Source: Narcine bancroftii
Taxonomy: Eukaryota
DNA length: 64,000 nt
Assembly: GCF_036971445.1 (NCBI RefSeq)
Contig: NC_091474.1
Location: 77,872,001 to 77,936,000, forward strand
Direction of reading: 5' to 3'
Both the position numbers and the translations under genes were made by a program. The notes under the pieces were generated by a model. That model did not search any database. It saw only the letters and a program-made list of their open reading frames with translations, and was not told the DNA's origin. Below are positions 62,395-64,000 of the stretch, one piece after another. Each line of letters begins with the position of its first letter. Positions within the stretch are counted from its first letter, which is position 1.

Positions 62395-62881
62395 TCATTT
62401 ACAAGGATGTTGCCTGGCTTACAACATCTAGATTATGGAGAAAGATTAAGGAGACAGGGACTTTATTCATTGGAATGTAGATGGCTGAGAGGGGATTTGA
62501 TAGAGTTATTTAAAATTATGAAGGGAATAGATAGAGTAGACGTAAGTAGACTCTTTCCCCTGAGGGCAGAGGAGGTTGGAACAAGAGGGCCTAAGTTAAG
62601 GGTAAAGGGGCAAAACTTTAGGTGAAATATTAAAGGATGCTTTTTCACTCAGAGAGTGGTGGCAGAATGGAATGATCTTCCAAAAGAGATAGTTGCGGCA
62701 GGGTCCCTTCTGTCATTTAAGAGAAGGTTGGTTGTGTACATGGATGTGAGAGGTTGGAGGGTTATGGGCGGAGAGCAGGAGGGGGAAGCTAGTGGAGTTG
62801 TTCAAGTGAACCGGCGTGGACTTGAAGGGCCGACGTGGCCTGTTTCCATGCCGTAAACAGTTATATGGCTATGGTTATATG
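62395..62881 (+). mobile_element. CR1 LINE 3' end
   Basis: FTRMLPGL..LDYGERL, LRGDLIELFKIMKG, FFTQRVVAEWNDLP; (tatgg)n-like tail. Confidence 0.85.
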
Positions 62882-64000
62882 AGGGCAAGAGTGAAATAAA
62901 ACATACATTTTATGGTACTTAGTCTAGCTGTTTCAATAGGTGAATTATTCTAGGTATGACTGGTGTCCTTAATAACTTACCTAACCTATTACTCAGGAAG
63001 GACTAAAGGCTTTGGCAAGGTGACAGAGGAGATTTACTCAAATTGAACCAGAAATAAGGGATTACAGTTATAACAGCTAGACAGGATAAATTGGGTTCCG
63101 TTTAGATCAGTCAAGATTGAAGAGATTTGATGGATAAAATATTTCCAATGGCAGAAGGGAACTGAAGGAAGTTGAAGGGAAATGACAAAAGACAAGAGCA
63201 TCAAGAAACTTTCCTCCAAAATTAATGGTGAGCATTTGGAATGCCTGAGTGAGTGGTGCAGTTTGATTCAGTTAATAACTTTCAAAGGGAAATAAATGGA
63301 TGAGCAGAAATTGCAGGATTATGAGAAAGTGTGATTAAGGATGAAATATGGGGTTGAGTGACTTTCATTTTATATATGAATCCATAACTGCACAGTTTTG
63401 TTTCCAAAATCTCACTCCATCCATTTAAATCTAATTCAACAATCTAGTACAAAATGCTAAAACAAATTATTACAACCACAGAATTCCTTATACATCTTTC
63501 AGGGAGCTTACATTTCAAAGAATGTCAAGGTTATAAACGTGGGGCAAAATAGTTTCATATGTTTTATCTTGGGTTTATATAAAAAAATAAGATCAGTAAA
63601 GATGACCAAGATATTAAAATTAATATCTAGACACTAGATGAATCATTAAAATTCATGTAGTAAACCCAGAAAGTAAATTATTCTCCAAACAAGAAACTGT
63701 GATTGAAAGAATTTCACCGACACTGAAGGTGATTTGGAAAAAGCACGGGGTACATGCAAATAAAAGTGAAAATCTGCATTTTTCTGCATAGATTTTGTAG
63801 GCCATTGAACATTTATATGTTGAAAGTTGTTTTTATTGAGAAAGGAAAGATTTGTTTTAAAATGTTTCACAGTGCCCATTTGTTTTCCAGCATTTTATAA
63901 AAACCCTTGAAACTGATTAATCATTTTTAAAGTATAAGGTGCAATAGGACAATCATGATTGTTTTTTAAAAATTAAGAAAAGGTTTCTACTTTTATTCTG

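Overview
Vertebrate nuclear DNA, AT-rich and repeat-dense. The repeat families (tRNA-derived V-SINE-like SINEs, CR1, Rex1/Babar, RTE, Penelope) suggest a cartilaginous fish; this is inference. A CpG island with several NRF1 motifs (~15.66-16.3 kb) appears to be a bidirectional promoter. On the + strand it opens a DLG5-family gene: non-coding exon ending 16086, a start-codon exon at 46413-46523, and a 69-nt exon at 62013-62081 encoding GSTYSVLSTMPSDSESSSSLSSI, which matches DLG5 exon 2 as I recall it. No CARD-coding first exon is visible. On the - strand there are candidate exons of an unidentified divergent gene (6149-6018, 2510-2457). Between those exons and the island lies a Tigger/pogo transposon with TIRs and TA duplication. 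Its 580-codon ORF is fully open but lacks the first catalytic Asp and the N-terminal HTH, ends in nine PQPSTSSAAG repeats, has a splice acceptor 13 nt before its ATG, and has a co-oriented solo LTR just upstream. The rest is intronic TE debris: a Harbinger, a decayed Gypsy provirus, three solo LTRs with TSDs, L1/Tx1/CR1/Rex1/RTE fragments and MITEs. There is also a local inverted duplication, an 86-bp direct duplication and an unexplained hairpin. Most short ORFs in the track are non-coding or TE-derived. All alignments were done by eye; TE boundaries without TSDs are approximate.
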